Positions 22,743 to 40,260 are shown, numbered from the whole stretch's first letter. The stretch is DNA of 59,167 nt, filler included, from Sphacelaria rigidula (GCA_964200075.2; 8 parts of 8 records of this genome joined end to end with filler, not necessarily neighbours in it), one strand, 5' to 3'. The notes: a model not told the origin generated them from the sequence alone. Translations and numbers: made by a program.

Positions 22743-25700
22743 TTGTTGACATTGTGGTATAGCGTCCGCTCGGTACTCTAAGTCTGCTGACGGCCCGTAG
22801 CCGTGAAGACGGAGACGGTACTTATAATTTTGATGGCTCTTTCTTCCCGGACCTCGTTTGTGGCCCACCACCTTGTCAACGATGTAACGTTCAATTCTTG
22901 GTTCGTTACTTCCGGACGGTCAAGTTGGGGCAAGGGTAGTTTTTTGCCTAGGAAATACTCGTCGAGTCGGTCAAACTCGGGAGCTGGGGGTCGTTTTCGT
23001 GGATAATATTGCTTAAGGTGAGCGAGGTGTACCGACGTCTCTTTCGCATCTTCGCTTACCTTGACCTTATAGACAACCGGAGAAATTTGTTTGACGACCT
23101 TGTATGGCCCCCGCCATGGTAATACCAACTTTGGATTAGGACCGTCTGTGTCTTGGTGTGGCCTGAACAGCAGCATTTGTTGGCCAGGTTTAAAGACAGG
23201 GTATGGCTTGAGCTTATCATTGCTTGCCTTTTGTTTTTCTGCTCGTTTTTTCAAGTTGCGCCTTGCAATTTCAAAAGCTATCTGCAAGTTTTCTTTTGCC
23301 TCTTTCGCGTATTGTTCAGCATCCACAGCGTGCCCTTTTTCGGAAATGCCCAAAATAATGTCGACAGGTAATTTTGGTTGACGTCCGAACATGAGAAAAC
23401 AGGGTGTTTCTTGCACTGAGGTGTTGAATGATGTATTTATACGCCATTTGCACAAAGGGTAGCATAGATGCCCAGTTGTCTTGTTCGACCGTACTATGCA
23501 TGGCTAACATAGCGTGCAAATTGGAGAGTACGCGTTCTGAAACAGAGTTGCCTTGAGGGCGGAATGGTGTCGTGCGTGTTTTGTCAAAGTTCAGGATCAA
23601 CTGCAACTGGTGTATTACCCGGTTCTCGAACTCTTTACCGCAATCAGAATGGAGTTTTTCGGGTATCGCAAATGTCGTGAAGACACGGTCTACCAACATT
23701 CTTGCCACCGTACTGGCGGATTTGTTCGGTATGGGAATAAACAGTGCATATCGTGTCAGATGATCCATCACAGACATTACATACTTACACGGCACACCGG
23801 CTGCCGAATTTTAAATCGTCTTGTATTCGACAAGATCTATTGATATCCGCTCAAAAGGTCTGTTCACAGGTACGTGGCCTACAGGCAATTTCGGACGGTT
23901 ATGGGCCGTCTTTCTTCTCTGACATGAGTGGCAACGTTGACACCACTTTCGCACATCTTGGCTCAATGTCGGCCAATAATATTTGTTCTTAATCTTTTCA
24001 TACGTCGATTAGAATCCACGGTAACCTCCAGACAACACATGATCGTGATAAGAGTGCAAAACGAAATTAACCAGAGCTTCTGGTAGCACTAGTCTATCGC
24101 GGTCGGTGCCTTTTTTTCGAAGGTTCCCTGGCAAGTATGACCTGAACAAAATACCGTCACGGAGCAAAAAGTAGGACATTGAAGTCAGTGTCTCCTTTTC
24201 CGGGAACGGTGCGTCGTCGTCTGTCAGATATTGAATATAAGAGCCATAATATAATATTATTTTGCCTGTTCGGTTCGCAACTTGTCTTTGTTTACAGACG
24301 TGAAAACATATGTAGCGCTTGTGTGGGTAGCATTGACGGTAAACAGCTCTCTGTCGCTCTGTACTGGTTTGAGATTATCGAACTCATCCGCTGAAAATTG
24401 AAACGGTTGGTGCGGTTTCTTCGCGTGCAATTTGGGATCCTCTGGGACGTTCCGACAAATTGGCGCGAGCAGGGGTTTGACCTCATCATTCTGGTCTTCT
24501 TCAAACCGAAAGAGCCTTGATAGAGTGTCCGGAACGATATCTAATTTCCCCGTTTGTGCTTCACAGTGAAGTCAAAGGACTATAAAGCTATCGCCCATCT
24601 TTTCAACATATTGCTCGTGTCTTGCATGGAATAGAGGTACCGTAGCGCTGCATGGTCTGCCACACACGTGAAATGTTTTCCCCATAAAAACGGCCTTCAG
24701 TGTTGTATAGTTAATACAACTGCATAACATTCTTTGGGTGTAGCAGAGTAGTGCCGCTGAGCATGATTGAAACGCTGACTGAAATACGCTACGATTGCAG
24801 TTTTGCCCCCCTTTATCTTGGGTGAGCACCGATCCAGCACCCTCTCCAGACGCGTCAACTTAAATGGTGAACTCCTTTGAAAAGTCTGGGAAGTGAAGGA
24901 CAGGAGCGGTGGTGAGAAGTCTTTTTACTTCGGCAAAAGCTGCATCGTGTTCGTGATTCCAGCGTTTTGCTACTTCCTTGGCTGCCTCTTTTTTCGTTAG
25001 ATCTACCAACGGGGCGATTACCTGTGCGAGATTCGGAATAAATTTTCTCAAAAAATTAATCGTCCCTAACACTGAACGTAATTTTTTTATGTTCGTTGGT
25101 GTAGGTAAATCTAAGATGGCCTTTACGCGGTCTTCCCTAATTTTGATCCCGTCAGCAGACAAAGTGTAGCCGATCTACTTGACCTCCTTGGGACCAAACT
25201 GTGCTTTAGAGGGCTTTAGGGTAAGACCTGCTTTTTTCAGTGCTTTGAACATGTCTTTCAGAGTGAGGTTATTTTCCCATGTGGAGGAGCAGGCGATCAA
25301 ATCATTCATGTACACCAACAGACCGCTCCTGGGTCCAAAGTGTGAGAAAGTAAGAGCTATTATTCGCGAAAAAATGAACGGGGAAGATGCCAGGCCGAAC
25401 GGTAGCCTGTTGAATACCCACTTACCCTTCTTTGTAACAAAGGCCGTTTTTTCTTTCTCCTCCGCTATTGGGATCTGATGGAACGCGCTCTGTACATCAA
25501 ATACAGAGATAAATTTGGCGCCTGCCACCGTATCTACATGACTTTCCAAATTAGGCATCGGCCATGACTTGTGCACAAGACTTTTATTGAGCGTGGATCT
25601 GTAGTCAACACAAAATCGGGCAGTACCATCATGTTTAGCTACGATCGTCACTGCCGAGCCCCATGGGATGGGTCTCTGTTCGATTATTCCGTCTTTTTCC

Positions 25701-28700
25701 ATCTCCTGTACACAGTTGTCGATGACTTCTTGAATTCTGGGGTTGGCTCTGCACGGGGCCCGATCGATGGGCTTGGTGCCCGGGACAAGGGGAAAAGTTG
25801 CTTCCCCAATTGTACAACAACCTAATTCTCGTTGTGACAGTAGGAGACGGACCTGTATTTGATCCATAGGTCGAGCACTTGACTCTTCTGATTTTCAGAA
25901 AACGTGCTATATTTAAATGCATTTTGGAGCGCTATTGTAAGTTCTTCCCGGGCGTCAGTATTTTGCCGTTCAGCTTGTGAAATTGCACTGACGTTTTCCG
26001 TCGGTTATTTGTTTCAACTTGTGAACGTTCACCGGCGTTTCCCGTCGGGTCATTTTTTCCGACTTGTGTGATGTGTCCCAAAAGCAAATTTCTTGGGAGT
26101 TGGACGTGTCTATTCGACGGGTTTGCTACTTGTACCATAGCTGTTTTGTTGACCGCTGACCAGATGCAGGCTGTGCGTGCCACAACGAGGCGGCTAAAAG
26201 CATCCGGTACTTTGATGGATTGGAGGTCTTCACTCGTTACAAGTCTTGGCTCAATGACCGCTTTAGTCGTAAATTTTGGCGGCTCATTTGTTTCGACCAA
26301 GAGAGCCATCTCACTTCGCGGCGGGACGGAGCATCTTTTTGAGAGATACACGAGTACCTTTTCAGCCGATGCTACCCGTATGACAGAACAATAATCATAT
26401 TCTGAAAACTTCGGATGAACTTTTCTGTCTCTTCTTCGATGAGTAGCTGTCAGGCGAACTGTTGAACTACGAAACGCCAGGGTTTCTTCCTGCCAATCGA
26501 GAATCCCGCCAAATGCGCTCATCACCGAATTCTCCATCAGCATGAGATCTGGCTTGAGATCGCTGAGGAAAAATGCTTCAACGGGCAAGGTTATGTCACC
26601 CAGGGTGAGGTCAAAGCGAATAAATCCCTTTACCGTGATTGGGGAACCGTCAGCACTACGTAGATCTGTAGAACGTGATGGGACGGATTGCATGTCCTGC
26701 TCTCTCAAAGTAGGATGTGCACGAATGAACTTGAGACTGACAATGGGAAGATCAGAAGCAGTATCAATGATTATGGCCGGAACCTCCATTCCGTTGACTC
26801 TGGCGGGAACCTGCACTCTAGGTGATGCAGGTCGTAACGTTGCCGGCTTCCTAGGATAGCGGGCCAACAAAGACATGAAGAACGGCTCGAATTCTGCCGA
26901 GCCTGGGGGCAAAAATTTGGATCTGTGCTTTTCATTATTTTCCCGAGACGTCTTGGTTACAAAAGCAGCTTGGGGCGCATTTTCCAGGTGGCGATGCTTC
27001 CCACGTAACATCTGATCCTGACCTGATGTATTCCCCACTTGCTCTTTTATTCTAGCCGTTGCAACTGTAACCCCTTCCACATGTACTCCCTTACATGACC
27101 TCATAGAAGAAGCTACGCCTTGACTAGCCAACCGCACACGTTTCTTGCCCTTTTTATCTCCCACCAGAGGGTCGGCACCCATTCCGTGGTGCACAGTATT
27201 TTCTGTACTTCTGCGTCACGCTTGCTACCTTGAAAAAATTTCCGATAGACTGCACGGTAGTTGCTCTTTTCGCTTGTACACGTGTCCCTTCGCTGGGCGA
27301 GGGCCCCTGCTCTGGGCACCATCAAACACCTAACGCTAACAGCTGCTCTTTATGTGTCTTCGCTAGTTGACAGTGTTCTATGGAATGATTGTGTTTGAAC
27401 CTGCACGGCTTGTATGTGCAACGCTCGCCTTTCTTCCTTGATTGACTATCAGTTTTTCCCCGCCCTCTACTCTCTGACCGACTACGTTTTGCGGTCTCAC
27501 TGGGAGAAGGTGATGGGCCCATGTTGTCCCCCGGATGTGAAGAACGTTTTTTCGACCTTCCGCGGTCTCCGCCAGCCCACCGTTTTTCTCTCAACAACTT
27601 TTCAATTTGCTGCCCTTGATCGGCAACTGTTTCCGCGAGCTGAGAGGAGTTGTGCATGGCGAAAGATGAAACGTGGGTCGGAGAGGGATTGGAAATTTCT
27701 GGCTGAGTCCCGCGCAAATTGTTGGTTTCGTGTTTTTTGGCACGGGCTCTTGCAACCTGAAAGCTATGAGTTGGATCTTCGCGTACGATTTCAACCCTGA
27801 TATGTGGCGGCAATCCTGCTTCAAAAGCAGCCGTCTGACTGGCTTCCCGTGCGAAGCTAACGGGGTCCCTACCATGTGGCGTGACTCGTGCGGCTTCTGC
27901 ATAAAAACGAGAGTGTGCTTTGGACACTTCTAGCGCGTAGGAGTCTACAGTGTGGTGGTCCTTAAATTTCAGCTCCGCTATACCCCGGGCGAGGATTGCA
28001 ATGCGATTAGGTGGAGAGTATAAATTCGTATAAGCATCGACCCACTCGCCCCATGATGCGGGGGCCCTGGTGGATACTTCACCTTCTTGTGCCCGAAGGG
28101 CTTCGAGATTCGCCTCTGTCCGCCATTCTAAGGTACCTGTTACGAGATCCGTGTACGCGTCTAGAGCTGTGTCCCTCAGTAAGAGCTGTAAATGCTTGAT
28201 GCATCGGCGATCGATTCCCTCTCGCGTGCATTGATCCTGCGAGTTAATTTCAACTCGGGACCGGTACTGTCGCATTATCGTTGGAATGTCTTCAGTTGGT
28301 AGTCCTCTCAAAACCATACTAGAACCGAGATCGTTTTGTTTGAGCGTGAATCGAGGAGTGTGTACTATAGTGCTGATAGCACTTGATCGAGTTTGGTTTT
28401 CATGCGAGGGGGTCAAATTTGGTGCCGCTTGGGGTGAAATATTACCACCAGGCACGTGAGGTAATGCCTGAGGGCTACTGATCACTTGTTGGTTCGTAGG
28501 GGATGCGTAACCTACGTTGCTCGGGTGAAGTTGGGCGGAAGTCAGCGAGGTTTGAGAGTTTGTGCCGGGCGAATGATTTGGTGCAGTGACTTGATCTACT
28601 ACATTATCAGTCCCCCGGGACAATCGAGGGGGCGTGGTAGGTGCCTGCACACTACGAGAGCTTGGCGGCGTCGTGTCATTAGGTGCATGATCACCGCGAC

Positions 28701-29535
28701 GTAGATGTACCGAAGTACCCCTCACTACCTCTACCTCTAAGTTTGGCTGTTCTACTGCCGCCCCATTGTTCACCTGGTATACTTGCTGGATCCCATCTTG
28801 GGAGTCCAGCATCCCCAGCGCTCGCAAAGCCCACTGAGGAGGATCCGTCCCCTTGTCGAAGTGTTGTTCCATAGTTTTCAAGGCCACCTTGAGAGCTGCC
28901 TCTTCGATGTGTCCCAGTACCGGGTCGGAGAACGTGACGGCTCTCGATGAGGGGGTCCTGCCCACGTTCTCGGGATTCGTGTCGCCGAGGCCGGAGCTGC
29001 TTTCATCCTCCTCGCGGAGGAGAGAAAAGTGGTTGCCCCGGTCGCTGGGAGCGTTGCCGGCCTGGGAGCGTTTTCTTCCCTCAGGGTCGCGCGCCCTCTT
29101 CTTGCCTTTGTCGGATTTTTTCTCCGAGGGGGACGAAGAAACTCCAGGCTTGGACGAGGACGGGGGCGCGGCTGGCGTGGACGACGAGGAGGTCGCGGAC
29201 GGGGCAACTGATTTTTCCGGGGCCGGTGCCTCTGCTACTTGAGCAAACGTCGGCTGGGCAGAGGACGAAGACGCGCCTGCGCCTGCGCCCGTTGACCTGC
29301 CGCTGTTGCTCCCGCTATTTTTGCTGCTGTTCCTCCCCATGATGAACGATGTATAATGGGTTAGAAAAGAAAAAATCCGAGGGTCTCGCACACTTGTCTG
29401 AAACTGGTGTTCGCCAATATGGAAGTCGTGAGACTCCCGGTGACGGTAGAAACCGTCGAAGGTGGCCGATGATTTCCCTCGGGTTATGTAGCCAAGGATT
29501 GACCGTAAGTCGTCGGGTTGAGGCAAAGTGGATCA
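22695..29535 (-). mobile_element. Ty3/gypsy LTR retrotransposon 2 (intact gag, degenerate pol, chromodomain)
   Basis: PR IIIDTASD; RT PWGSAV..FCVDYR..SAFHQI..KTAF..RLPFGL..VYMND; RT connection LRSVLG..LLTTAPVLHFPDF; IN MDHLTR, HSDCGKEF, PQGNSVSER, WRGPYKV; frameshifted chromo-like tail. Candidate LTR end CA at 29421-29420 followed by PBS-like TGGCGAACACCAG. Confidence 0.95.
27322..29340 (-). CDS. Retrotransposon Gag-like protein, 672 aa
   Basis: Uninterrupted ORF from ATG at 29340 (MGRNSSK). Capsid-like motifs LRDTALDAY, SWGEWVDAY and FEAGLPPHIR; C-terminal CTYKPCRFKHNHSIEHC knuckle-like motif. Confidence 0.85.
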   Translation of the reverse strand: MGRNSSKNSGSNSGRSTGAGAGASSSSAQPTFAQVAEAPAPEKSVAPSATSSSSTPAAPPSSSKPGVSSSPSEKKSDKGKKRARDPEGRKRSQAGNAPSDRGNHFSLLREEDESSSGLGDTNPENVGRTPSSRAVTFSDPVLGHIEEAALKVALKTMEQHFDKGTDPPQWALRALGMLDSQDGIQQVYQVNNGAAVEQPNLEVEVVRGTSVHLRRGDHAPNDTTPPSSRSVQAPTTPPRLSRGTDNVVDQVTAPNHSPGTNSQTSLTSAQLHPSNVGYASPTNQQVISSPQALPHVPGGNISPQAAPNLTPSHENQTRSSAISTIVHTPRFTLKQNDLGSSMVLRGLPTEDIPTIMRQYRSRVEINSQDQCTREGIDRRCIKHLQLLLRDTALDAYTDLVTGTLEWRTEANLEALRAQEGEVSTRAPASWGEWVDAYTNLYSPPNRIAILARGIAELKFKDHHTVDSYALEVSKAHSRFYAEAARVTPHGRDPVSFAREASQTAAFEAGLPPHIRVEIVREDPTHSFQVARARAKKHETNNLRGTQPEISNPSPTHVSSFAMHNSSQLAETVADQGQQIEKLLREKRWAGGDRGRSKKRSSHPGDNMGPSPSPSETAKRSRSESRGRGKTDSQSRKKGERCTYKPCRFKHNHSIEHCQLAKTHKEQLLALGV

Positions 29536-29705
29536 NNNNNNNNNNNNNNNNNNNNNNNNNNNNNNNNNNNNNNNNNNNNTTAATTAATTAANNNNNNNNN
29601 NNNNNNNNNNNNNNNNNNNNNNNNNNNNNNNNNNNCATAACATGGGTGTCACACGAATTTTGAAGATCCGGGGCCGAAGATCTGTTGCCATAACATCCGG
29701 CCTTA

Positions 29706-29881
29706 GGCCAACTCTTGTGGGAGCGCTTAGAATTTTATTTTGCAATAATTTTAAATGACTTTCTTTTTTTTTCTTTGCCGTAGTGTATTTTGTGCTCGTT
29801 CACCATGATGACGAACGAAAAAAAAAACTCCTCTAAAATTGTTGCAGAATAAAATTTCAAACGCTCCCATAGGAGTTGGCC
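29706..29881. mobile_element. 176-bp PIF/Harbinger (Tourist-like) MITE, TTA TSD
   Basis: TIR GGCCAACTC(T/C)T(G/A)TGGGAGCG with TTA on both sides. Confidence 0.85.
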
Positions 29882-29884
29882 TTA

Positions 29885-30079
29885 GGCCGTGTCTTATCAA
29901 ATTGTTCTCGACTCGAAAACGTACGGTGCAATCGCATTTGCTTGTACCTGATACGTCCACAGCATTCATGTTCTCAACCATCTGAAAAAATTAGTAGCGT
30001 GCACGAATCAGAAACGGAACGAGCGAATTCGATTCGACCGCACGTTTTCGACACTACAACAATTTGAAAAGACACGGCC
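29885..30079. mobile_element. 195-bp PIF/Harbinger (Tourist-like) MITE, TTA TSD
   Basis: TIR GGCCGTGTCTT(A/T)TCAAATTGTT with TTA on both sides. Confidence 0.85.
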
Positions 30080-30290
30080 TTACCGCACTCAACGAGTACT
30101 CCACAGTGTACCGCAGTGATATCGCGAGGATCAACCATCGTCCAGTATAACCATTTCCCATAACCCGCTGATGAGAGAAGCTCTGTCCAAACTGGGCATG
30201 GATGATTGCGCGATCTGGTCGGGGGGGGGGGGGGGGTCGCGGCCAGAGGATCAATGGGTGAAACACACCATGGGCACTGTACTTTATCAC

Positions 30291-30384
30291 CTTCGGACGA
30301 GCCCCGCGATGAGCGCGACAGAAACGCTTGATTTTCCTGTGTGCTCCTTTGTCGCCGCAACGTATATTGCCTTCCCGCGACCCC
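30291..30384 (-). CDS. Exon of a BioD-like / phosphotransacetylase N-terminal (AAA_26-type) P-loop protein
   Basis: cttgcAG acceptor and AG|GTGATA donor; translates GRGKAIYVAATKEHTGKSSVSVALIAGLVR, a Walker-A T-x-x-x-x-GKS motif after a hydrophobic strand. Not in the supplied ORF track. Confidence 0.7.
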
Positions 30385-30957
30385 CTGCAAGATAAGATCA
30401 ACCCCCGAGCACGTTCATGAGCCATGGATTCAAATATGAATCTATAATAATCGTTTCGAAGCGGGACAAAAAAGGAGGTAGGAACGGAGCTTGTGATTTG
30501 CGGACGTTGCTGGTGAAGCACGGACCATCGCTACCAAGTAACCTCCACACACATGTTACTTCGCTGTTCAACCCTTTGCCTGCCAGGGTAGGTAATCTGG
30601 ATCACGCAGCTACAGTATGTTTCAAGTGAAAGTGATGCTCATTCAACAGGTGGCCTGCCCGGCTGCCCTGGCGGTCAAAGGGCTAGTTAACGCTACAGGT
30701 AGTGCCGCGGTAAAATGGAAACCCAAAACCTAGCAGCAACCTGTTCCTTTGGCGCATGTATATACGAGTCATTTACCTACCTCACTGTGCTTGATCCTTA
30801 ATCACCGCACTGCGACTTGACGTATCGAACGAATCTCGTAGGACGAGCAACTATGTGCAGCATTATTACCGCATATGTGCACCTATATCAACCAACCGAC
30901 GGTAGGGCGAGCAACTTGACACTTCGCGTGTATTTTGTTCTGCGATAAGTTACTTAA

Positions 30958-31057
30958 CCCTTAGACCGCGAGGGTAGTCCATATCTGGATCATGCATACT
31001 TTTTTCAAGTGAAATTGGTGGCGATTCAACAGATGACCTACCCTCGCCGTCGAAGGG
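30958..31057. mobile_element. 100-bp piggyBac-like MITE, TTAA TSD
   Basis: TTAA|CCCTTAGACCGCGAGGGTAG...CTACCCTCGCCGTCGAAGGG|TTAA. Confidence 0.9.
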
Positions 31058-31679
31058 TTAAGTCTTGAAGTCGAAACGACTATACATCCACTGTTGTGAT
31101 TTAGTGTGTATCGTGTGGTGCAATACAACACTGCTGTTGTTGGTTCAGTGGAAGTGGCGCGGAACTCGAACCTGTGCAGTACAGTACGGTACTTCAACCC
31201 GGCGGAAACTCACGGCTTCCTGTCACCAAGCATCGCCGAACACAACCAACAGGATTCCTGGCAGCTCTGCGAATGATAATGTTCATCCTGATAGCTAGAA
31301 GTAACGCGTGGTGGTTGCTCAATCCTCGATCCTCTCTAACGAAGCGTTCATGATACAATCGCAATCGCGGATGGCAAAAATGGTCCGTCAAGACCTTTAG
31401 GTCATGCTCCAGATGTTCGCTTGCTGCCTCTTGTGACAAGCAGCAAAGAAGTGATTCAAACATATTGATACAGTTCATTGTTGTATATATGTATGAAGAC
31501 GATGAGTTTGAAGGACTAGATGGGCGTTGTGAAAGAGATCCTTGAGATGTGATGCAATGATGTTGAACAGACTGGTCCCGAGCGACCGACGGGAACCGAC
31601 AACGTTCGATAAAGACACGCAGTGTGAGGTTCGGTGCAAGGTCGCCACCTCGAGAGGCAGAACGTTGTGTCGTAGAACA

Positions 31680-36487
<4,808 letters not shown>

Positions 36488-37486
36488 TGAGCATGGTGTA
36501 CCCTATCCTAACTACATATGCATACTTCGTGCAAGAACTCTCATGGACACGAACTATTTTTTATTTTTTTCATGTGATGCGGGTTACAATGTGGAGCGTT
36601 CTGTCGGAATCTGGCCCCCAGTTATGGTCACAACGCTCCAAATCACAAGAGCGCGAAAGCGATACTATTAACAGGTGGTGTATCATGCTCTGCCCCACAC
36701 AAGACAACGTTATTCCGCACCACAGACCAGCAAATAAACATATACCTTACGCCGAAGGCGGCTGCTACAGAGCCACGGCCGAAACACATTCGATTCCCCA
36801 ATGGAAGCCTCGAGCATACCAGTGCACAGTGCTTTATTTCGGTGATTTTTATGCGAAATGATGCAGAATGATGGAGATGCGTTCCGAAACAACTCTTCGG
36901 ATTCACGCACACGAAAACTGCTTCCCCCCCCCCCCCCGCAGGCNNNNNNNNNNNNNNNNNNNNNNNNNNNNNNNNNNNNNNNNNNNNTTAATTAATTAAN
37001 NNNNNNNNNNNNNNNNNNNNNNNNNNNNNNNNNNNNNNNNNNNCGGCTTTTGAGTTTAACCTCAATTTTTTTTTCAACCCCATTTTTGAAAATCGGCTGT
37101 TAACTGGCGCTCTCGTAGCCATTTCCAGTTAAACTCCAGTTACAATGAAGATAAACAGTATTCACTGGTCCAATCACGGCGAGGCAAAATTTATCGACCA
37201 CATCCGAACGACCAGTGGAGGGGGGGTGTCACCCGGAGTGATGTTACTGTAAAGTTGGTGTACCCTGTCTCTGGCCCACAACAAAGCCTTCGGAGCAAGA
37301 AAAAGTCCAAGTGGTAGGGGCTCGGATTCCCGATTTGTTTCATCATTTACTCTTTTACATAGGTCCGACTTCCCATCCCCCCATTTTGTTTTGGGTGACC
37401 ATTCTATATTGAAACCTAGTTGATCACACTAACACGTAGGGCTCGGAGAAATTCGGGAATGAATGTACCCTAGTATATATAACAGC

Positions 37487-38655
37487 GGATCCTGGAAATG
37501 AGGTCCATCTAAAAAATTGGGGTTGAAGTGACATTTCTTTTTCGTGGGGAAAATAAGAAACAGTAACACAAAGCGAAAGTATCTTTCCCCCCAAAATTCC
37601 GCAGGAGGAGTTAAGCAGTTCTGGCTAGGTGCACCCAACGAGTGCAGTGTACACGCGTGTCGATGACGATATCACCAGAGAGAGAAGCAACGACAGAGAG
37701 AAAGCTCCTCGCCCGTGTCCTTCGCGTGTCCTCGATTGGCGATTGCCAATATCGCTCGAGAGACTGGCATCATCGATGTTACCAGCATGTACCCAATTTT
37801 CCATGTTGTGCCAGAACACCGAGCTGCGGAGAGATTTCGTCTCTTCTTCTTGCTTGCCTGATGCCAAGATCGATTTCTCTCTGCCCCTCTTTCTGGACAA
37901 GACGCGCGTCTATGCGCTGAAAAACATGTCGTTGAAAAACAGGGCAATGTTCCCGTCACCGCTACTACTGTTCTCTGTCACACACATGCTAGCAAGGACG
38001 GTGCTGCGGCAATAACAGATAGATCCAATTTGAACTTATGGGGTGTTATTCGTCAATGATTTTCCCCGACCTCCCCCTAACCGGGTTCCCGAGCAGAAGA
38101 GCGTGCCACACGCCAGTTGAGGGGAGTGTATGAGAGATCAAACACTTGTAGAGGCCTTCTTGACATGCGGAGTGAAAAAAGGTACCTATGGTGGTGACCT
38201 AACTGTTGCTACCGTGGCGCATAGAAGCCCGTCCATGCCGCAATCTGCAGCACACGCTGGCCGCGTAAACACCTAAAAGTAGGTACAACAGTACGAGAGT
38301 AGCTTACTATAATTAATAATTATTCCGATGTCAGGAGGTCATGCACTATTACAAGTTGAGAGAAGAGACGAGAGTGCTCTACGATCAACCGCATGTCGTT
38401 GCATTCGAGACCCACGCCATCAACCGCCGGCAGCAAGGGTCTTGTGGCTTTCACGCGACGCTGTCGGCAGCACAGCAGACAAACCGGGTCATAGCTACCT
38501 TTCATTTCTCTACCGCACGTACTCTCGTCTGCTCGGAGGTGGTCACGGTAACAACATGCACCGAAGTCGCAACATCTGTGAAAGCTAGAGAGTTTGATTT
38601 TTATGAACTGCATCCACACAAATGAAACGACTCTCAAAACCTTAGGATAGCTTCA
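37487..38655. repeat. Dispersed repeat of about 1.1 kb; second copy at 46443-47523
   Basis: Collinear high similarity, for example aacagggc(a/t)atgttcccgtcaccgctactactg, ttgacatgcggagtgaaaaaag and gtgctctacgatcaacc. Confidence 0.9.
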
Positions 38656-39608
38656 AACATAACGAAAGACTGGGTGAGCTTGTCCACGTGTTGCGGTCTC
38701 CGTACGAAGCTCATGGGACAAACGGTGACAGACACTATAAAATGGCGACATGGATTGAGGACTAGATTAATGATGCGGTATTTCTTGGCAATTTTTCTCT
38801 GCAAGCGCATTTCTTACCCGCTACGGAGTCGTGTTAACGGAGCGATGGCTTGAACAATGGCTGGGGGCTGTGTGAGCATATTCCAGGTTTTGTGGTGTTC
38901 AAAGAAGGCTCACGGGGCGAACGATAACAGGTACTCAAGTCGCGACATGGATTCAGCATCACCCTATATTGTAAATATAGTAGGGTGGTGCTGCCTCAAC
39001 AGACAGGCCTCACTATCTCAGTGGGCAGGGGCTCGCAGATGGTGCACAGCACCAGTACCTATTGAGCTTATTGTTTGCGTCGTGCAGCAAAAGATAAAGC
39101 CAATGGTGTACACGGGCGCTTATTTGGCCAAAATATAACAAAACACACAGTACCTTCTCTCACAGCTGAGAATTGGAGGTAGGTAGGGAGAGTGAGAGCA
39201 GTTGGGGGTCGAGATCGTCATGCTGAAGCTGCGATCACTCTCATATCATAACACACCTTTTGAATCAATTTGCTGCTGATATGCTAGTCTACTGCAAATT
39301 ACGTATCCTACTTACTTGGCTACAATACCCAAATTCTGGGACGTTCTCTACCTTTATATCCCAACCTTCGTCGAAACTAAACGGTGAATCGAAACGGGTA
39401 TTTTTGAACCGTCACGAATTGACCGCTATTTGCTACACGTCGACATTCAGATACGAATATACAGTGTTGTCTGATATAAACATATTCCAAAATTCTGCAG
39501 TAACGACAATAACTCCCCCGCAACAGTGACGGCAGCAACGACGGCCTCCGCGACAGGAACCACAGAATCTGGCCATGGAAATAACAGCGACAACAATGAA
39601 TTATTAAC

Positions 39609-40260
39609 ATGCATTTCAACAACAAGCATAATCCAATATGCACTCAAGGCAAACAAACGCTGCCGTCTTCAACTACTTTTGGGACATCGGGAGATACGAT
39701 GACTGACGCGTCTTCACGACTAAATGATATGGGATGTATATTTGTGGCCGGCTGTACCACTAACAGCGGCACGCGTACTGCGAAAGCCGTCCACATTTCG
39801 ATGATGGTCGACAGCGGAACGTCCAGTCATTTTGTCGATGGCCAGTTGTTGTCGAAATCTGCACACGAAATGCTCGACTATGTCAAGCTGACTCCCAATA
39901 TCCATACAGCAGCTGAGCATCATCTACTCCACGGCACCAGGAGAAGCATCATCCACTTCATCGTTACCGTGCCTAATGCAATTAGAGCTCCATCGTCTCC
40001 CAGCCACAGTTGAACCGGGGCTTGGTGGGCACCTGTATTCACACGATAATTCGTGGAGAAAGGGAGTATATTTTGCCTGGTCTCATCTGGACCTGAGGAT
40101 GTTCACAACATCCATCAGCATCAACAGTATTCGGATTAGTGTTTCATATGAGGATGAAGACCGCTCACGTAGGAAAACACTTCGACACATGATTGACTGC
40201 GGTATAGTTGACGACAAAATCATGGGCGTGGGAACAGCTCTTAACGGCAGAAGTTGTTGA
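39609..40260 (+). mobile_element. Ty1/copia protease-region remnant
   Basis: MMVDSGTSSHFVD...MLDYVKL and frameshifted VEPGLGGHLYS, matching the copia DSGASxH...PxLxxNLxS pattern. Confidence 0.7.

Noticed and set aside
29341-29526. N-terminal 62 aa of the 734-aa ORF
   Set aside because: It starts at a non-ATG codon and overlaps the putative LTR/PBS; ATG at 29340 is the more likely start.
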